Shown here in pieces: positions 11,529 to 22,501 of a stretch of 64,000 bases of DNA. Under the pieces are notes generated by a model. It was not told where the DNA came from and ran no database searches. It saw only the letters and a list, made by a program, of their open reading frames with translations. Positions within the stretch are counted from its first letter, which is position 1; every line of letters starts with the position of its first letter. The translations under genes and the position numbers were made by a program. Source of the DNA: Candidatus Kapaibacterium sp. (GTDB taxonomy: Bacteria; Bacteroidota; Ignavibacteria; Kapaibacteriales; UBA2268); assembly GCA_026418625.1 (NCBI GenBank), contig JAOABA010000022.1, positions 10,572-74,571 on the forward strand, written 5' to 3'.

Positions 11529-14500
11529 TTAATCTATTTCAATATCAAGACATAATCCTTGAAGCTCCCTAACAAGAACGTTAAAGGATTCAGGAATGTT
11601 AGGATTAGGCATATTTTCGCCCTTTACGATTGATTCATACATTTTGGCTCTGCCCTGCACATCATCGGATTTGACAGTTAACATTTCCTGTAATGTATGA
11701 GCTGCCCCATAAGCCTCAAGAGCCCAAACTTCCATTTCCCCAAGCCTTTGACCACCAAATTGAGCTTTTCCTCCTAATGGTTGCTGGGTTATTAGAGAAT
11801 ATGGTCCTATTGACCTTGCGTGAATTTTATCTTCGACCAAGTGTGACAGTTTGAGCATATAAATTACACCAACAGTGATTTTTTCGGTGAACTTATCGCC
11901 TGTTCTTCCATCGAATAGGACGGATTTTCCATCTCTTGGTAAGCCTGCTTTTTCTAAATAATCCCCTACGTCTTCCCAAGTAGCACCGTCGAATATTGGT
12001 GTTGCAAAATGGACATTTAATTTTTGACCTGCCCATCCAAGAGCTGTTTCAAATAATTGTCCAAGATTCATACGTGAAGGCACACCAAGAGGATTTAAAA
12101 CTATGTCAACTGGTGTTCCATCTGGCAAAAAGGGCATATCCTCAACTGGAACAATCTTTGATACAATTCCCTTGTTTCCGTGTCTTCCAGCCATTTTATC
12201 GCCGACCATTAATTTTCTTTTCTTAGCAATATAAACCTTTGCCATCTGAAGAATTCCGGGTTGTAATTCATCACCAGTTACTATTTTATTTCTTTCAGTT
12301 TTAATAGTTAAGATTATCTCATTTCTTTCGTGATGATAATTTTTCATTAATGTTGTGAGCAACTCTTGTTTCTCGTCGTTATGACATACCTTTGAATTAA
12401 CATCAAGTAGCTCCGGCTTTAATATTCCTTCTTCGTATTTTGCAATTACTTCTGATTTCTTAACAGTAGTGCCACTTCGGAAAATTGACTGCCCGTTTGT
12501 TAATTTCAGTCCATATATTTTTTGACCATTCAATATTTCTGATAATTTCTCGATACAGGAATCATCAAGAGACCTTAGCAAATCTTTTTCTTTTTTGGCA
12601 AGTTGTTCTTGACGTTTTTTCTCTTCGGCTTTACTATCTTTTTCGGATGAAAGCATTTTTCTTGTAAATAGTTTCGTATTAATAACAACACCTTTCAAAC
12701 CCGGTGTAGCTCTGAGAGAAACATCCTTAACGTCGCCTGCTTTATCTCCAAAAATTGCCCTAAGAAGTTTTTCTTCGGGGGTGGGGTCTGTTTCTCCTTT
12801 AGGGGTTATCTTCCCAATTAATATATCACCTTCGGTAACTTTCGCCCCTACTCGAATAATACCAAATTCATCCAAATCTTTAGTAGCTTCTTCGCTAACA
12901 TTTGGAATTTCACGAGTAAATTCCTCTTCACCTCTCTTAGTATCCCTTACTTGCAAAGTGAACTCTTCTATATGAACTGATGTAAATATGTCTTCGGCTA
13001 CCAATCTTTGTGAAACAATGATAGCGTCTTCAAAATTATATCCTCGCCAAGGCATAAAAGCTACTAAAATGTTCTGACCTAAAGCCAACTCCCCTTTATT
13101 CGTGGAGGCTCCGTCAGCAAGTGGTTGTCCTTTAACAACTCTATCACCAACCTTGACAATCGGTTTTTGATTTATGCAAGTATCCTGATTTGTTCTAAAG
13201 AATTTTACCAAAGGATAAACAGCTTTTCTTTTGGTATAAAAGGTTGTTAATTTTTCTTCTTCAGTTCTATTATCATCGTAATTTACTATTATTTTATCAG
13301 CACTAACATATTCAACTACTCCATCACCTTCAGCTAATAACAAAGTCCTTGAATCATAAGCAACTTTTGCTTCCATACCCGTGCCAACTATTGGGGCACT
13401 TGGTCTTAATAATGGAACAGCTTGGCGTTGCATATTCGAGCCCATCAAAGCACGGTTAGCGTCATCGTGTTCAAGGAATGGAATGAGTGAGGATGCGGCA
13501 CTTGTAATCTGGTCTGTCGAAACATCTATGTATTGGATGGAATCTGCATCAACCATAACAAAATCGCCCGAAAGTCTGGCTTTAACTCTTTCTTCGATTA
13601 TTTTACCATCCTTGTCAACTTTTGTGCTTGCAGGGGCAATTATTAATCCATCTTCTCTCTCGGCAGTTAAATATTCTATTTGGTCAGTTACGTATCCATT
13701 TTCGACCTTTCGATATGGTGTTTCAATGAACCCAAGACTATTAATTCTTGCGTGAATAGCTAATGAAGAAATCAAACCAATATTTGGACCTTCAGGAGTT
13801 TCAATAGGACATAATCTACCATAATGAGTGTAATGAACGTCACGAACTTCGAATCCAGCACGTTCTCGAGTCAAGCCACCCGGTCCAAGTGCTGATGTTC
13901 TTCTTTTATGGGTCAGTTCGGCTAAAGGATTTGTCTGATCCATAAATTGAGATAGCTGGTTTGTTCCAAAAAACTGATTAATGACTGAAGTAATTGTTCT
14001 TGCATTAACCAATTCATTGGGCGAGAGGTTCTCTGCATCGTGTATGCTGAGTCTTTCTTTTATTGTTCTTGCCATTCTTGCCAAACCAACATTAAACTGT
14101 GCAGTTAATTGCTCTCCCACAGTTCTTACTCTTCTGTTTCCAAGATGATCTATATCATCTCCAGCTTGTTTTGTATCGTGAAGATGAATAAGGTGTTTAA
14201 TAATAGCTACAATATCTTCTTTGGTAAGAGTTGTGATGCTATAATCAATATCAAGTTTGAGTTTTTGATTTATTCTGAACCTACCAACAATACCAAGATC
14301 ATATCTTTTGGGGTCAAAAAACAGTTTTTTAAGAAGTGCTTCTGCGGTTTCGATATCTGGTGGTTCGCTTGATCTTAATTGGCGATAAATAGCTTCTAAT
14401 GCATCTTCACGTGTTTTTGCAGTATCTTTGGACAAGGTTTTAGCAATTATTGGTTCATCATTTGGGTCAGAATAATTAAATATTCTCAATGGCAAAAGCT

Positions 14501-15368
14501 CTGCTTGAAGCATTCTTTCGAGCAATTCCTGAGTTATAATTGTGTCACGAGTTGCAATTATTTCACCTGTGGACATATCTATAACATCAGAGGCTATTCT
14601 GCGACCAAGAAGGCTTGTATCAACTTCCTCGGGCTTTATTTCTTTGGATAAATCAAATAAATTCAATAAATCTTCATCGGAAGAGTAACCTAATGCTCTG
14701 AGCAATGTTGTAACTGGAAACTTTTTCTTTCGGTCAATATAAGCAAACAACACATCGTGTATATCTGTGATAAATTCAACCCAAGATCCACGGAATGGAA
14801 TTATTCTTGCTGTGTAAATTCTCGTTCCATTGGGATGAAGAGCATCATCGTAAAAGACTCCCGGGGATCGGTGCAATTGAGTTACTATAACTCTTTCTGC
14901 TCCATTTATGATAAAAGTTCCTCTTGGTGTCATTGCAGGAATGTTACCAAGATAAACCTCAGTTTCTATAGTATCAAAATAATCTTCGGTGTCTTTTTCT
15001 GCTTTACTGGAAAGTCTAAGCTTTGCTTTTAGTGGTTTTGAATAAGTTAATTCTCTTTCACGGCATTCATCTTCTGTGTATTTAGATCTTTCGACACTAT
15101 ATTCCACAAACTCTAATTGATAGATTGATGATGCATCCTCAATAGGAAAATTGTTCATAAAAGCTTGTTGCAAGCCTTTATTCTCACGCTGGTCGGGTGG
15201 AACATTTTCCTGAAGAAAATCTTCATAGGCTTTGAGCTGAATGTTCAATAAATCGGGATATTTATGATATTCTTTCTCTGTCCCGAATTGAACTCTGTCC
15301 CTTAGTCTTATAAAATGATTATTTTTGTTTAGTTGAGAGTTTTTTGTGGTGAGTTTATTTGTTTCCAC
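11529..15368 (-). CDS. rpoB: DNA-directed RNA polymerase subunit beta.
   Basis: 1279 aa with conserved rpoB regions. It sits in the canonical position between rplL and rpoC. Confidence 0.97.
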   Translation of the reverse strand: METNKLTTKNSQLNKNNHFIRLRDRVQFGTEKEYHKYPDLLNIQLKAYEDFLQENVPPDQRENKGLQQAFMNNFPIEDASSIYQLEFVEYSVERSKYTEDECRERELTYSKPLKAKLRLSSKAEKDTEDYFDTIETEVYLGNIPAMTPRGTFIINGAERVIVTQLHRSPGVFYDDALHPNGTRIYTARIIPFRGSWVEFITDIHDVLFAYIDRKKKFPVTTLLRALGYSSDEDLLNLFDLSKEIKPEEVDTSLLGRRIASDVIDMSTGEIIATRDTIITQELLERMLQAELLPLRIFNYSDPNDEPIIAKTLSKDTAKTREDALEAIYRQLRSSEPPDIETAEALLKKLFFDPKRYDLGIVGRFRINQKLKLDIDYSITTLTKEDIVAIIKHLIHLHDTKQAGDDIDHLGNRRVRTVGEQLTAQFNVGLARMARTIKERLSIHDAENLSPNELVNARTITSVINQFFGTNQLSQFMDQTNPLAELTHKRRTSALGPGGLTRERAGFEVRDVHYTHYGRLCPIETPEGPNIGLISSLAIHARINSLGFIETPYRKVENGYVTDQIEYLTAEREDGLIIAPASTKVDKDGKIIEERVKARLSGDFVMVDADSIQYIDVSTDQITSAASSLIPFLEHDDANRALMGSNMQRQAVPLLRPSAPIVGTGMEAKVAYDSRTLLLAEGDGVVEYVSADKIIVNYDDNRTEEEKLTTFYTKRKAVYPLVKFFRTNQDTCINQKPIVKVGDRVVKGQPLADGASTNKGELALGQNILVAFMPWRGYNFEDAIIVSQRLVAEDIFTSVHIEEFTLQVRDTKRGEEEFTREIPNVSEEATKDLDEFGIIRVGAKVTEGDILIGKITPKGETDPTPEEKLLRAIFGDKAGDVKDVSLRATPGLKGVVINTKLFTRKMLSSEKDSKAEEKKRQEQLAKKEKDLLRSLDDSCIEKLSEILNGQKIYGLKLTNGQSIFRSGTTVKKSEVIAKYEEGILKPELLDVNSKVCHNDEKQELLTTLMKNYHHERNEIILTIKTERNKIVTGDELQPGILQMAKVYIAKKRKLMVGDKMAGRHGNKGIVSKIVPVEDMPFLPDGTPVDIVLNPLGVPSRMNLGQLFETALGWAGQKLNVHFATPIFDGATWEDVGDYLEKAGLPRDGKSVLFDGRTGDKFTEKITVGVIYMLKLSHLVEDKIHARSIGPYSLITQQPLGGKAQFGGQRLGEMEVWALEAYGAAHTLQEMLTVKSDDVQGRAKMYESIVKGENMPNPNIPESFNVLVRELQGLCLDIEID

Positions 15369-15519
15369 TTTTTTTACCTCCGATGTAGATTTTATTCATC
15401 GAAAAAAAATTTCTGCCTTACTCAACTTTTTTGGGAGAGCAAAACAGAAAATTGTTTTTATTGAATGTTATTAATGTTCAAATTTATTTTTTAAAGTTCA
15501 GAAATTTGGTTAAAATTAT

Positions 15520-15565
15520 CTAAAAACAAAATGAACTGAAGGAATCCCTTGAGGACTCCTTCAAG
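15520..15565 (-). terminator. Hairpin plus T-run between rplL and rpoB (the classical rplL-rpoB attenuator/partial terminator).
   Basis: Minus strand CTTGAAGGAGTCCTCAAGGGATTCCTTCAG followed by TTCATTTTGTTTTT; an imperfect ~10-bp stem. Confidence 0.45.
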
Positions 15566-15601
15566 TTTTATTATGAAATAATATTTCTCAAAATCTCTTT
15601 A

Positions 15602-15985
15602 TTATTTTAGTGTTACTTTTGCTCCTGCAGCTTCAAGTTTCTTTTTGATATCTTCGGCTTCTTCTTTGCTAACTGCCTCTTTGACCATCTTGGGTGCTCC
15701 TTCGACTAAATCTTTGGCTTCTTTTAAACCTAAACCTGTTAACTCACGAATAACCTTGATAACATTTAATTTGTTTGCACCAAACTCTGTTAGTTCAACG
15801 TCGAATTCAGTCTTTTCTTCTGCTGGTGCAGCTTCGGCAGCGGCAGGTGCTGGACCACCGGCAACCATTACTGGTGCTGCTGCAGTTACTCCAAATTTTT
15901 CTTCGAGAGCTGTTTTCAATTCAGCTGCTTCAACTAATGTAAGATTTGATATTTTTTCTAATAATTCTTCAACAATTGGTGTCAT
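15602..15985 (-). CDS. rplL: 50S ribosomal protein L7/L12.
   Basis: Ala/Glu-rich hinge and the conserved C-terminal domain. AAGGAG RBS precedes the Met of [11 protein letters not shown] (15985); the track start at 16012 is probably over-extended. Confidence 0.9.
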   Translation of the reverse strand: MTPIVEELLEKISNLTLVEAAELKTALEEKFGVTAAAPVMVAGGPAPAAAEAAPAEEKTEFDVELTEFGANKLNVIKVIRELTGLGLKEAKDLVEGAPKMVKEAVSKEEAEDIKKKLEAAGAKVTLK

Positions 15986-16019
15986 AAAATTTATCTCCTT
16001 AATTTCGTTCAAAAAATGT

Positions 16020-16544
16020 TTATGAAGCTTTTTTCTTAGCTACTTCCTCAACCAGATAAGCAACATCTCTCAGAACAGCATTGATAGATCCAACTATGCC
16101 TGAAACAGGTGAAGTAAGTGAACCTAAAATGCCAGCGATTAATTGTGGTTTTGATGGAAGTGAAGCTAATTGCTTGAGTTGAGAACCGTCATAGTAAACA
16201 CCTTCAATGACTGCAGCTTTTAGAGATGGTATATTGTTTTTTTCAAATTGATCCTTGATAACTTTTGCTGGTGCAACGGGGTCATCGTAACCGAAAATCA
16301 CACCTGTAGCACCTTTATATTTAGCTTCAGGGATGTTGAAAGAACCAATTTCGGACAAAGCTCGCTTTATTAAAGTGTTTTTAGCTACTTTCAGTTCCAT
16401 ACTCGACTTTTTCAGGTCTCTACGAAAGACTACGGCTGATTCAACATTCATTCCCATAAAATCAACTAAGTAGAAACCCTGGGCTTTCCGAAACTTTTCA
16501 ACAAGTTCGGCAACTATCTGTCGTTTTTTCTCCTGTGTAACCAT
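16020..16544 (-). CDS. rplJ: 50S ribosomal protein L10.
   Basis: 174 aa, upstream of rplL, with a typical L10 N-terminus. Confidence 0.9.
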   Translation of the reverse strand: MVTQEKKRQIVAELVEKFRKAQGFYLVDFMGMNVESAVVFRRDLKKSSMELKVAKNTLIKRALSEIGSFNIPEAKYKGATGVIFGYDDPVAPAKVIKDQFEKNNIPSLKAAVIEGVYYDGSQLKQLASLPSKPQLIAGILGSLTSPVSGIVGSINAVLRDVAYLVEEVAKKKAS

Positions 16545-16650
16545 ACATACCTTATTTATTTATAATTACCATTTAAACGGCAACAAATCATAATGATTTG
16601 AGAAGCACTTGCCGTTGAAAGAGTACGTAATATTCATATTTAATAAAGTT
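16545..16650 (-). promoter_or_regulatory. Putative ribosomal protein L10 leader (autoregulatory mRNA structure) upstream of rplJ.
   Basis: The 106-nt rplA-rplJ spacer contains an inverted repeat, AACGGCAAGTGC...GTTGCCGTT. The position matches the L10(L12)4-binding leader known in other bacteria. Confidence 0.4.
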
Positions 16651-17352
16651 TTAATCTTTTTGCTGAAATGATAATTCATTTACTCTTACGCTTGGACCCA
16701 TAGTTGAGCTGAAAAACACACTTTTAATATATTTTCCTTTGGCAGTTGCTGGTTTTGCTCTTATGACACTATTTACAAAAACATTTAGGTTTTCAGCAAG
16801 TTGCTCATTTGTAAATGAACATTTACCAATTGCAGCGTGAATGTTACCGGTTTTGTCAACACGGTATTCAATTTTACCAGCTTTAACTTCCTTAACAGCC
16901 TGTGTAATGTCGAATGTAACAGTTCCACTTTTGGGGTTAGGCATTAATCCTCGTGGTCCGAGTATTCTTCCTAATTTACCAACTTCGCCCATAACATCAG
17001 GAGTTGCAATAATAACATCAACTTCTGTCCAGCCACCTTTGATTTTTTCAATATATTCATCAAGACCGGCGTATTCAGCGCCAGCATCGAGAGCTTCTTT
17101 ATCCTTTGGTGGTTTTGCAAGGACTAAAACCTTTACTTGCTTACCTGTTCCGTGTGGCAGAGAAACAGTTCCTCTTACCAACTGGTCTGCTTTACGGGGA
17201 TCGACACCCAAATTCATTGCAATTTCAAAAGACTCATCGAATTTTGCATTTGCTGTTTTTTTGACTATAGAAACAGCTTCCTGATAAGGATAAATTTCCT
17301 GCTGATTAATGCTTTTAACTAATGAATTATATCTTTTACCATGTTTTTTCAT
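16651..17352 (-). CDS. rplA: 50S ribosomal protein L1.
   Basis: 233 aa with conserved L1 sequence ([14 protein letters not shown]). Confidence 0.92.
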   Translation of the reverse strand: MKKHGKRYNSLVKSINQQEIYPYQEAVSIVKKTANAKFDESFEIAMNLGVDPRKADQLVRGTVSLPHGTGKQVKVLVLAKPPKDKEALDAGAEYAGLDEYIEKIKGGWTEVDVIIATPDVMGEVGKLGRILGPRGLMPNPKSGTVTFDITQAVKEVKAGKIEYRVDKTGNIHAAIGKCSFTNEQLAENLNVFVNSVIRAKPATAKGKYIKSVFFSSTMGPSVRVNELSFQQKD

Positions 17353-17380
17353 AATTTCTTCTCAGATAATAAAAAAAAGA

Positions 17381-17806
17381 TTAACCCTCAACAACAATTC
17401 CCATACTTCTTGCGGAGCCTTTAATCATATTTACGGCACTTTCCAGCGTATCACAATTTAAATCATCCATTTTGATTTTAGCTATTTCTTCTGCCTGAGC
17501 CTTAGTTATTTTTCCAACTTTTGTTTTGTTTGGCTCTGCAGAACCTTTTTTCAAACCGGCTGCTTGGGCTAATAAAACGGCTGCCGGTGGCGATTTAACC
17601 ACGAAAGTAAAGGACTTGTCAGAATAAAATGTTATTACTGCAGGAAGTATTGTTCCTTTTTGTTTAGCAGTTCTTGCATTGAATTGTTTTACGAATTCCA
17701 TACCGTTCAAGCCTCTTTGTCCAAATGCCGGTCCAACAGGTGGTGCCATCGTCGCTTCACCAGCATTTAATTGTAACTTGAACGATCCCATTACTTTTTT
17801 TGCCAT
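17381..17806 (-). CDS. rplK: 50S ribosomal protein L11.
   Basis: 141 aa; conserved [13 protein letters not shown] motif. Confidence 0.92.
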   Translation of the reverse strand: MAKKVMGSFKLQLNAGEATMAPPVGPAFGQRGLNGMEFVKQFNARTAKQKGTILPAVITFYSDKSFTFVVKSPPAAVLLAQAAGLKKGSAEPNKTKVGKITKAQAEEIAKIKMDDLNCDTLESAVNMIKGSARSMGIVVEG

Positions 17807-17871
17807 TGTTTTTTCTCTTTTTAAAAACTTGAAAATTCTTTGACAGATTTATTGTTAATTTATTTTAAATA

Positions 17872-18498
17872 TTAATGATTTTCTAATTCAATTTGTCTAA
17901 AATCTAATTCAACTGGTGTTTTTCTTCCAAGAATACCAACTTCAACTTTTACTTTTTGTTTCTCATAATTTACTTCTTTAATTGTTCCGTTAAATGAATT
18001 AAAAGGACCATCAATAACTTTAACGGGGTCACCAACTTGAAAAGCAGTTTCAATAGTTTCTATACTTTTTCTTTCTTCAACTCTGCCGATTATACGGTCA
18101 ACTTCGTGCTTTTGAAGTGGGGTTGGTTCTTTTTTGGTTCCGACAAAACTAACTACTGATGGAATATTGCTTATCAGTTCATGGTTTTTTTTATCCATAA
18201 TCATATTGATAACAATATATCCGGGCAGAAAGTTCTTAACTTTGGTTCTTCTTTTGCCTCCACGAACCTCGAAAACAGTTTCCTGAGGAATGATTATTTC
18301 TCCGATTTTATCTTGGAGTTTTAATCTTTTGACTTCAGCTTCGATTGAAAGCTTAACTTTTTGCTCGTGTCCCGTGTATGTTCTAAGGGCATACCATTTG
18401 AAACCGGGTCTTTCTTCAATTTTTTCATCACTTTTATTTGAATCAACTTCTTCGTTGTTATCAATTAAATTGGATTCGATATTTAGTTCTTCGTTCAT
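17872..18498 (-). CDS. nusG: Transcription termination/antitermination factor NusG, with an acidic N-terminal extension.
   Basis: KWYALRTYTGHEQKV NGN domain and a C-terminal KOW domain (GDPVKVIDGPFNSFNG); located downstream of secE. Confidence 0.9.
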   Translation of the reverse strand: MNEELNIESNLIDNNEEVDSNKSDEKIEERPGFKWYALRTYTGHEQKVKLSIEAEVKRLKLQDKIGEIIIPQETVFEVRGGKRRTKVKNFLPGYIVINMIMDKKNHELISNIPSVVSFVGTKKEPTPLQKHEVDRIIGRVEERKSIETIETAFQVGDPVKVIDGPFNSFNGTIKEVNYEKQKVKVEVGILGRKTPVELDFRQIELENH

Positions 18499-18522
18499 AG
18501 CAGGGAAATAGTGATGATTTAA

Positions 18523-18711
18523 TTAAAAAATAAACCCAATAGCTTTTGTTACAAGCCAATCAATTAAGTAAGTGAAAACAGTAAATATAAGAGTTGCAAC
18601 CACGACGACAACTGTGGACTCCCTCAATTGTTCTTTTGTGGGCCAAGAAACTTTTTTCATTTCTTTTGCAACATCACTGAAAAAGTTTTTTATTTTTTCA
18701 ATCATAATCAA
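18523..18711 (-). CDS. secE: Preprotein translocase subunit SecE.
   Basis: 62 aa with a single C-terminal TM helix, at the conserved tRNA-Trp/secE/nusG position. Confidence 0.8.
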   Translation of the reverse strand: MIMIEKIKNFFSDVAKEMKKVSWPTKEQLRESTVVVVVATLIFTVFTYLIDWLVTKAIGFIF

Positions 18712-18725
18712 TCCTTTAGAATACT

Positions 18726-18800
18726 TGCACGGGTGGAAGGACTTGAACCCTCAGCCTACGGTTTTGGAGACCGCCGCTCTGCCAATTGAGCTACACCCGT
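18726..18800 (-). tRNA. tRNA-Trp (anticodon CCA).
   Basis: Hand-folded cloverleaf: acceptor ACGGGTG/CACCCGT, anticodon loop CTCCAAA, T-loop GGTTCAAGTCC. Confidence 0.8.
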
Positions 18801-18806
18801 AAAATC

Positions 18807-18881
<75 letters not shown>

Positions 18882-18885
18882 AGAG

Positions 18886-18960
18886 CGGAGCGGGAAACGG
18901 GGTTCGAACCCGCGACCCTCAGCTTGGGAAGCTGATGCTCTACCAGCTGAGCTACTCCCG
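18886..18960 (-). tRNA. tRNA-Gly (anticodon CCC).
   Basis: GCGGGAGTAGCTCAGCTGGTAGAGC...anticodon loop TTCCCAA...GGTTCGAACC. Confidence 0.8.
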
Positions 18961-18992
18961 CTTTTCAAAAACACACCATTATAAACAACTTG

Positions 18993-19065
18993 AGCGGGAG
19001 ACGAGGCTCGAACCCGCGACCCTCAGCTTGGAAGGCTGATGCTCTACCAACTGAGCTACTCCCGC
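18993..19065 (-). tRNA. tRNA-Gly (anticodon TCC).
   Basis: GCGGGAGTAGCTCAGTTGGTAGAGC...anticodon loop CTTCCAA...GGTTCGAGCC. Confidence 0.8.
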
Positions 19066-19079
19066 ATTTTTTCTCTTTG

Positions 19080-19163
19080 TGGGCAGGGAAGGATTCGAAC
19101 CTCCGTAGGGCTGAGCCCAGCAGATTTACAGTCTGCCCCGTTTAACCGCTTCGGTACCTACCC
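19080..19163 (-). tRNA. tRNA-Tyr (anticodon GTA), with a long variable arm.
   Basis: GGGTAGGTACCGAAGCGGTTAAACGGG...anticodon loop CTGTAAA...variable arm GGGCTCAGCCCTAC...GGTTCGAATCC. Confidence 0.8.
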
Positions 19164-19231
19164 TTTGTTTTAGCCTACAAAATTAAGAAAAAATTTTATT
19201 TTATACAAAATTTATTTAAAATTTTTTTTAT

Positions 19232-21346
19232 TTAAACAGTTATTACATTTTGTATATCTACTTCGGTATCGGCTGGTATTTCTGTGTAACTAATAACGCT
19301 AACCATCGGATATTGATTATGTATCATTTTGTAAAAATATGGACGTATTTGTGCTGAACAAATTACTATTGGTAGGTATCCTGTCATTGTTATATCATCA
19401 ATTGCTTCTGAAAGACTATCGTAAATTTTCTTTATCGTTTCAGGTGATAAACCTAACGTAGGACTCGAAGTAGCTTGACTGCCAGATTGAAGTGCATTTG
19501 TCATTATTTGCTCTAATTGTGGGTCTAATGAAATTGCATGTATTACTCCGTTTTGGTCTTGATATAATTTCTTTATTGTTTCCGATAAGTTATGTCTTAC
19601 AAATTCTGTAAGAACATCTATATTTTTTGTTACTTTATAATACTCAAGCAACGCTTCCAAAATTAGTGGAAGATCCCTAATTGGTATTCCCTCCCTTAAC
19701 AAATTCTGCAAAACTTTTTGAATTGTTGCTATTGGTAATGTATCCGGATTGATTTCTTCGACTAAAGCAGGATAATCTGACTTAAGATTCTCGATTAAAT
19801 GCTTTATATCCTGTCGTGTTAGCAATTTATCTGCATTTCTTCTTATCAATTCCGTAAGATGAGTAATCAAAACAGTGGCAGCCTCGACTACCGTAAATCC
19901 CATTATTTCAGCATTTTCTCTGTCAGCGTTCGAAATCCAAGTGGCAGGCAACCCAAAAACAGGCTCTGTAACTTTTATACCCCGAATTTCACCTTCGGCG
20001 GTGCCGGAATTCATTGCCAGTAGCATATTTGGATGTAAAACATTCCTTGATATTTCAATTCCCCGAATTTTTATTACATATTCTTCGGGTTCTAATTGCA
20101 GATTATCTCTTACTCTTACCGGTGGCAATATAATTCCTAATTCTACCGCTAATTGTTTCCTGACGTTTGCTATTCTTTTGAATACATCGCCACCTTGAGT
20201 TTCATCAACTAATGCAATAAGACTGTATCCCAGTTCAATTTCAACTGGGTCAACTTTTAGCAGGTCTTCTACAGGTGCTTCTTCGGGTTTAGTAGCAACC
20301 TCTGCTTCTGTCATTTCTTTGACTAATTTTTCCTGTTCTTCTTTCTTTATGCTTTTTGTTCTGATATATGCTAATCCACCGACAATTGATGATAAAATCA
20401 GAAAAGGAATTGTTGGAAAGCCCGGTATAAAACCCATCAAAAACATAGCTGCAGAAGATATCCAAATAGCTCTCGGTTTTGCACCAAATTGTTTTCCTAA
20501 TTCAATGTCGAGTTTTTCAGATGATGATGAACGAGTAACAACCAAGCCACCTGCAACCGAAATCAAGAGCGAAGGTATCTGAGAAACTAATCCATCGCCG
20601 ATTGTCAAAATTGTGTAAGTGGAAAGAGCGTGTGTTATATCCATTCCTCTCTGTGTCATTCCGATTATAAAGCCGCCTATTATATTAATACCCGTAATTA
20701 TTAGTGCAGCTATAGCATCACCTTTAATAAATTTAGCAGCACCATCCATTGCTCCATAAAAATCTGCCTCTTTGGATAGGCTATCCCTTCTTCTTCGGGC
20801 TTCTATCTCGTCAATATAACCTGCGTTCAAGTCAGCATCAATGCTCATTTGCTTACCCGGAAGCGCATCGAGAGTAAACCTTGCAGCAACCTCAGCAATT
20901 CTGGTTGAACCTTTGATAACAACTATGAAATTTATTACAAGTAAAATTAGAAATATAATTATACCAACAACATAATTCCCACGAATAACAAATGTTCCAA
21001 AAGCATTGATTATTTCACCTGCGTGACCATCACTAAGTATTAATCTTGTTGCAGCAACGTTCAAACCTAATCTGTAAAGTGTTGCAATTAACAAAATCGT
21101 TGGAAATGAAGAAAATTCAAGTGGGCTTAACAAATATATGGCTACCACCAAAATTAATATTGACATTGCAAGATCAACCGCAATCAATAAGTCCAGCAAA
21201 AATGGAGGCAAGGGTAGCACAAGAAGTGTTAAAATTAGTAATACTCCACCCGCTAAGAGAATATCTGGACTTTTTGATAAAGAAGATAAAAAATCTCCTT
21301 TGTTTTTAGTTTCGCCAGTCAAATATAATTGTTTATTATTAGCCAA
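19232..21346 (-). CDS. flhA: Flagellar biosynthesis protein FlhA (export gate).
   Basis: 704 aa with N-terminal polytopic TM region and a C-terminal cytoplasmic domain; FHIPEP family signature. Confidence 0.92.
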   Translation of the reverse strand: MANNKQLYLTGETKNKGDFLSSLSKSPDILLAGGVLLILTLLVLPLPPFLLDLLIAVDLAMSILILVVAIYLLSPLEFSSFPTILLIATLYRLGLNVAATRLILSDGHAGEIINAFGTFVIRGNYVVGIIIFLILLVINFIVVIKGSTRIAEVAARFTLDALPGKQMSIDADLNAGYIDEIEARRRRDSLSKEADFYGAMDGAAKFIKGDAIAALIITGINIIGGFIIGMTQRGMDITHALSTYTILTIGDGLVSQIPSLLISVAGGLVVTRSSSSEKLDIELGKQFGAKPRAIWISSAAMFLMGFIPGFPTIPFLILSSIVGGLAYIRTKSIKKEEQEKLVKEMTEAEVATKPEEAPVEDLLKVDPVEIELGYSLIALVDETQGGDVFKRIANVRKQLAVELGIILPPVRVRDNLQLEPEEYVIKIRGIEISRNVLHPNMLLAMNSGTAEGEIRGIKVTEPVFGLPATWISNADRENAEIMGFTVVEAATVLITHLTELIRRNADKLLTRQDIKHLIENLKSDYPALVEEINPDTLPIATIQKVLQNLLREGIPIRDLPLILEALLEYYKVTKNIDVLTEFVRHNLSETIKKLYQDQNGVIHAISLDPQLEQIMTNALQSGSQATSSPTLGLSPETIKKIYDSLSEAIDDITMTGYLPIVICSAQIRPYFYKMIHNQYPMVSVISYTEIPADTEVDIQNVITV

Positions 21347-21372
21347 TTTCTTTTTAAAAATTATTCTTCTGT

Positions 21373-22497
21373 TTAATTATTATTTCTGTAAATATTTGTC
21401 CAATTTGCCCGATTTCTTTTGTCTTTTCGCTTTAATTGATATACATAAGCCAGAACTTGGGCAACTGCTTTAAACAAATTTTCCGGTATTTCCATATCAA
21501 CATCGGTAGAAAAGAACAAAGCCCGTGCCAACGGTGGTTGTTCCACAATTGGTATTAAATTTTCCTCAGCTATTTGCCTGATTTGTGCTGCCAGATAATC
21601 GGCTCCTTTTGCTACAACAACAGGGGCGCTCATTTTGGCTGAATCATAAGCAAGTGCAACAGCATAGTGTGTTGGGTTAGTGATTACTACATCTGCCGTT
21701 TTCACATTCTTTAACATCAGCTTTCTAATTCTCGACCTCATTATTGAGCGAAGTCTGGCTTTCACTCTTGGGTCACCCTCTGCTTGTTTGTTTTCTTCCT
21801 TAACTTCTTGTTTTGTCATTTTTAAATCTTCTTTATAGCGGTATCTTTGATAAAGCATATCAGCAACAGCTATCAAAATATAAACTGCTCCAACCTTTGC
21901 TACAACCTCTAAACTCACCGAAGCAAGAAAAGCTCCTATCTCTGATATTGGTTTCTCTATTAAATCAATTGTCTCTTGGACCTTGTCTTCGAGAATATCA
22001 TAGACAACAAACCCAAGAATAAAAATCTTAATTAGGCTTTTTGTCAATTCAAAAACTGACCGTCCTGAAAAAAATATTTTTTTTAAACCTGATAATGGAT
22101 TAAATATCCTTTTAAAATTCAACCCTTCAGTAAATTTTTTTGTGGCTATATGTAAACCAGTTTGTGATATTTCTGCGATAAGAACTATTAAAAAGATTAA
22201 AGAAACAATTGGTAGAATTAACTTTATAAAAAAAAGAATAAACTTAAAATAGTAAGCTGAAATATTCTGAGTTGTCAATTCAATGTTGGTTGATTCAATG
22301 AAAATAATTCGCATAAATTTTTGGATGTCTGCCATCATAGGAGAACCCATCAAAAAGACAATAACACCACCAACAAGCAGAACGGCTGCAGTTGTAACAT
22401 CCATACTTTTTGCTGTTTGTCCGCGAGCACGAGCTTCTCTTATACGCTTCGCACTCGCCGGTTCAGTTTTTTCCTGACCATCTTTGTTTTCTGCCAT
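21373..22497 (-). CDS. flhB: Flagellar biosynthesis protein FlhB.
   Basis: 374 aa with the NPTH autocleavage motif (VVITNPTHYAVAL). Confidence 0.9.
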   Translation of the reverse strand: MAENKDGQEKTEPASAKRIREARARGQTAKSMDVTTAAVLLVGGVIVFLMGSPMMADIQKFMRIIFIESTNIELTTQNISAYYFKFILFFIKLILPIVSLIFLIVLIAEISQTGLHIATKKFTEGLNFKRIFNPLSGLKKIFFSGRSVFELTKSLIKIFILGFVVYDILEDKVQETIDLIEKPISEIGAFLASVSLEVVAKVGAVYILIAVADMLYQRYRYKEDLKMTKQEVKEENKQAEGDPRVKARLRSIMRSRIRKLMLKNVKTADVVITNPTHYAVALAYDSAKMSAPVVVAKGADYLAAQIRQIAEENLIPIVEQPPLARALFFSTDVDMEIPENLFKAVAQVLAYVYQLKRKDKRNRANWTNIYRNNN

Positions 22498-22501
22498 CTT
22501 T

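Noticed and set aside
7528-15032. Many 60-136-aa ORFs lie antisense or out of frame within rpoC and rpoB (e.g. 10474-10884, 13381-13755).
   Set aside because: They are embedded in highly conserved RNA polymerase coding sequence, with low-complexity Ser/Leu-rich translations typical of antisense frames.
15645-17322. Antisense ORFs lie within rplL, rplA and rplK (15645-16025, 16841-17284, 17137-17322).
   Set aside because: They are Ala/Ser-rich mirror translations of ribosomal protein genes with no independent signals.
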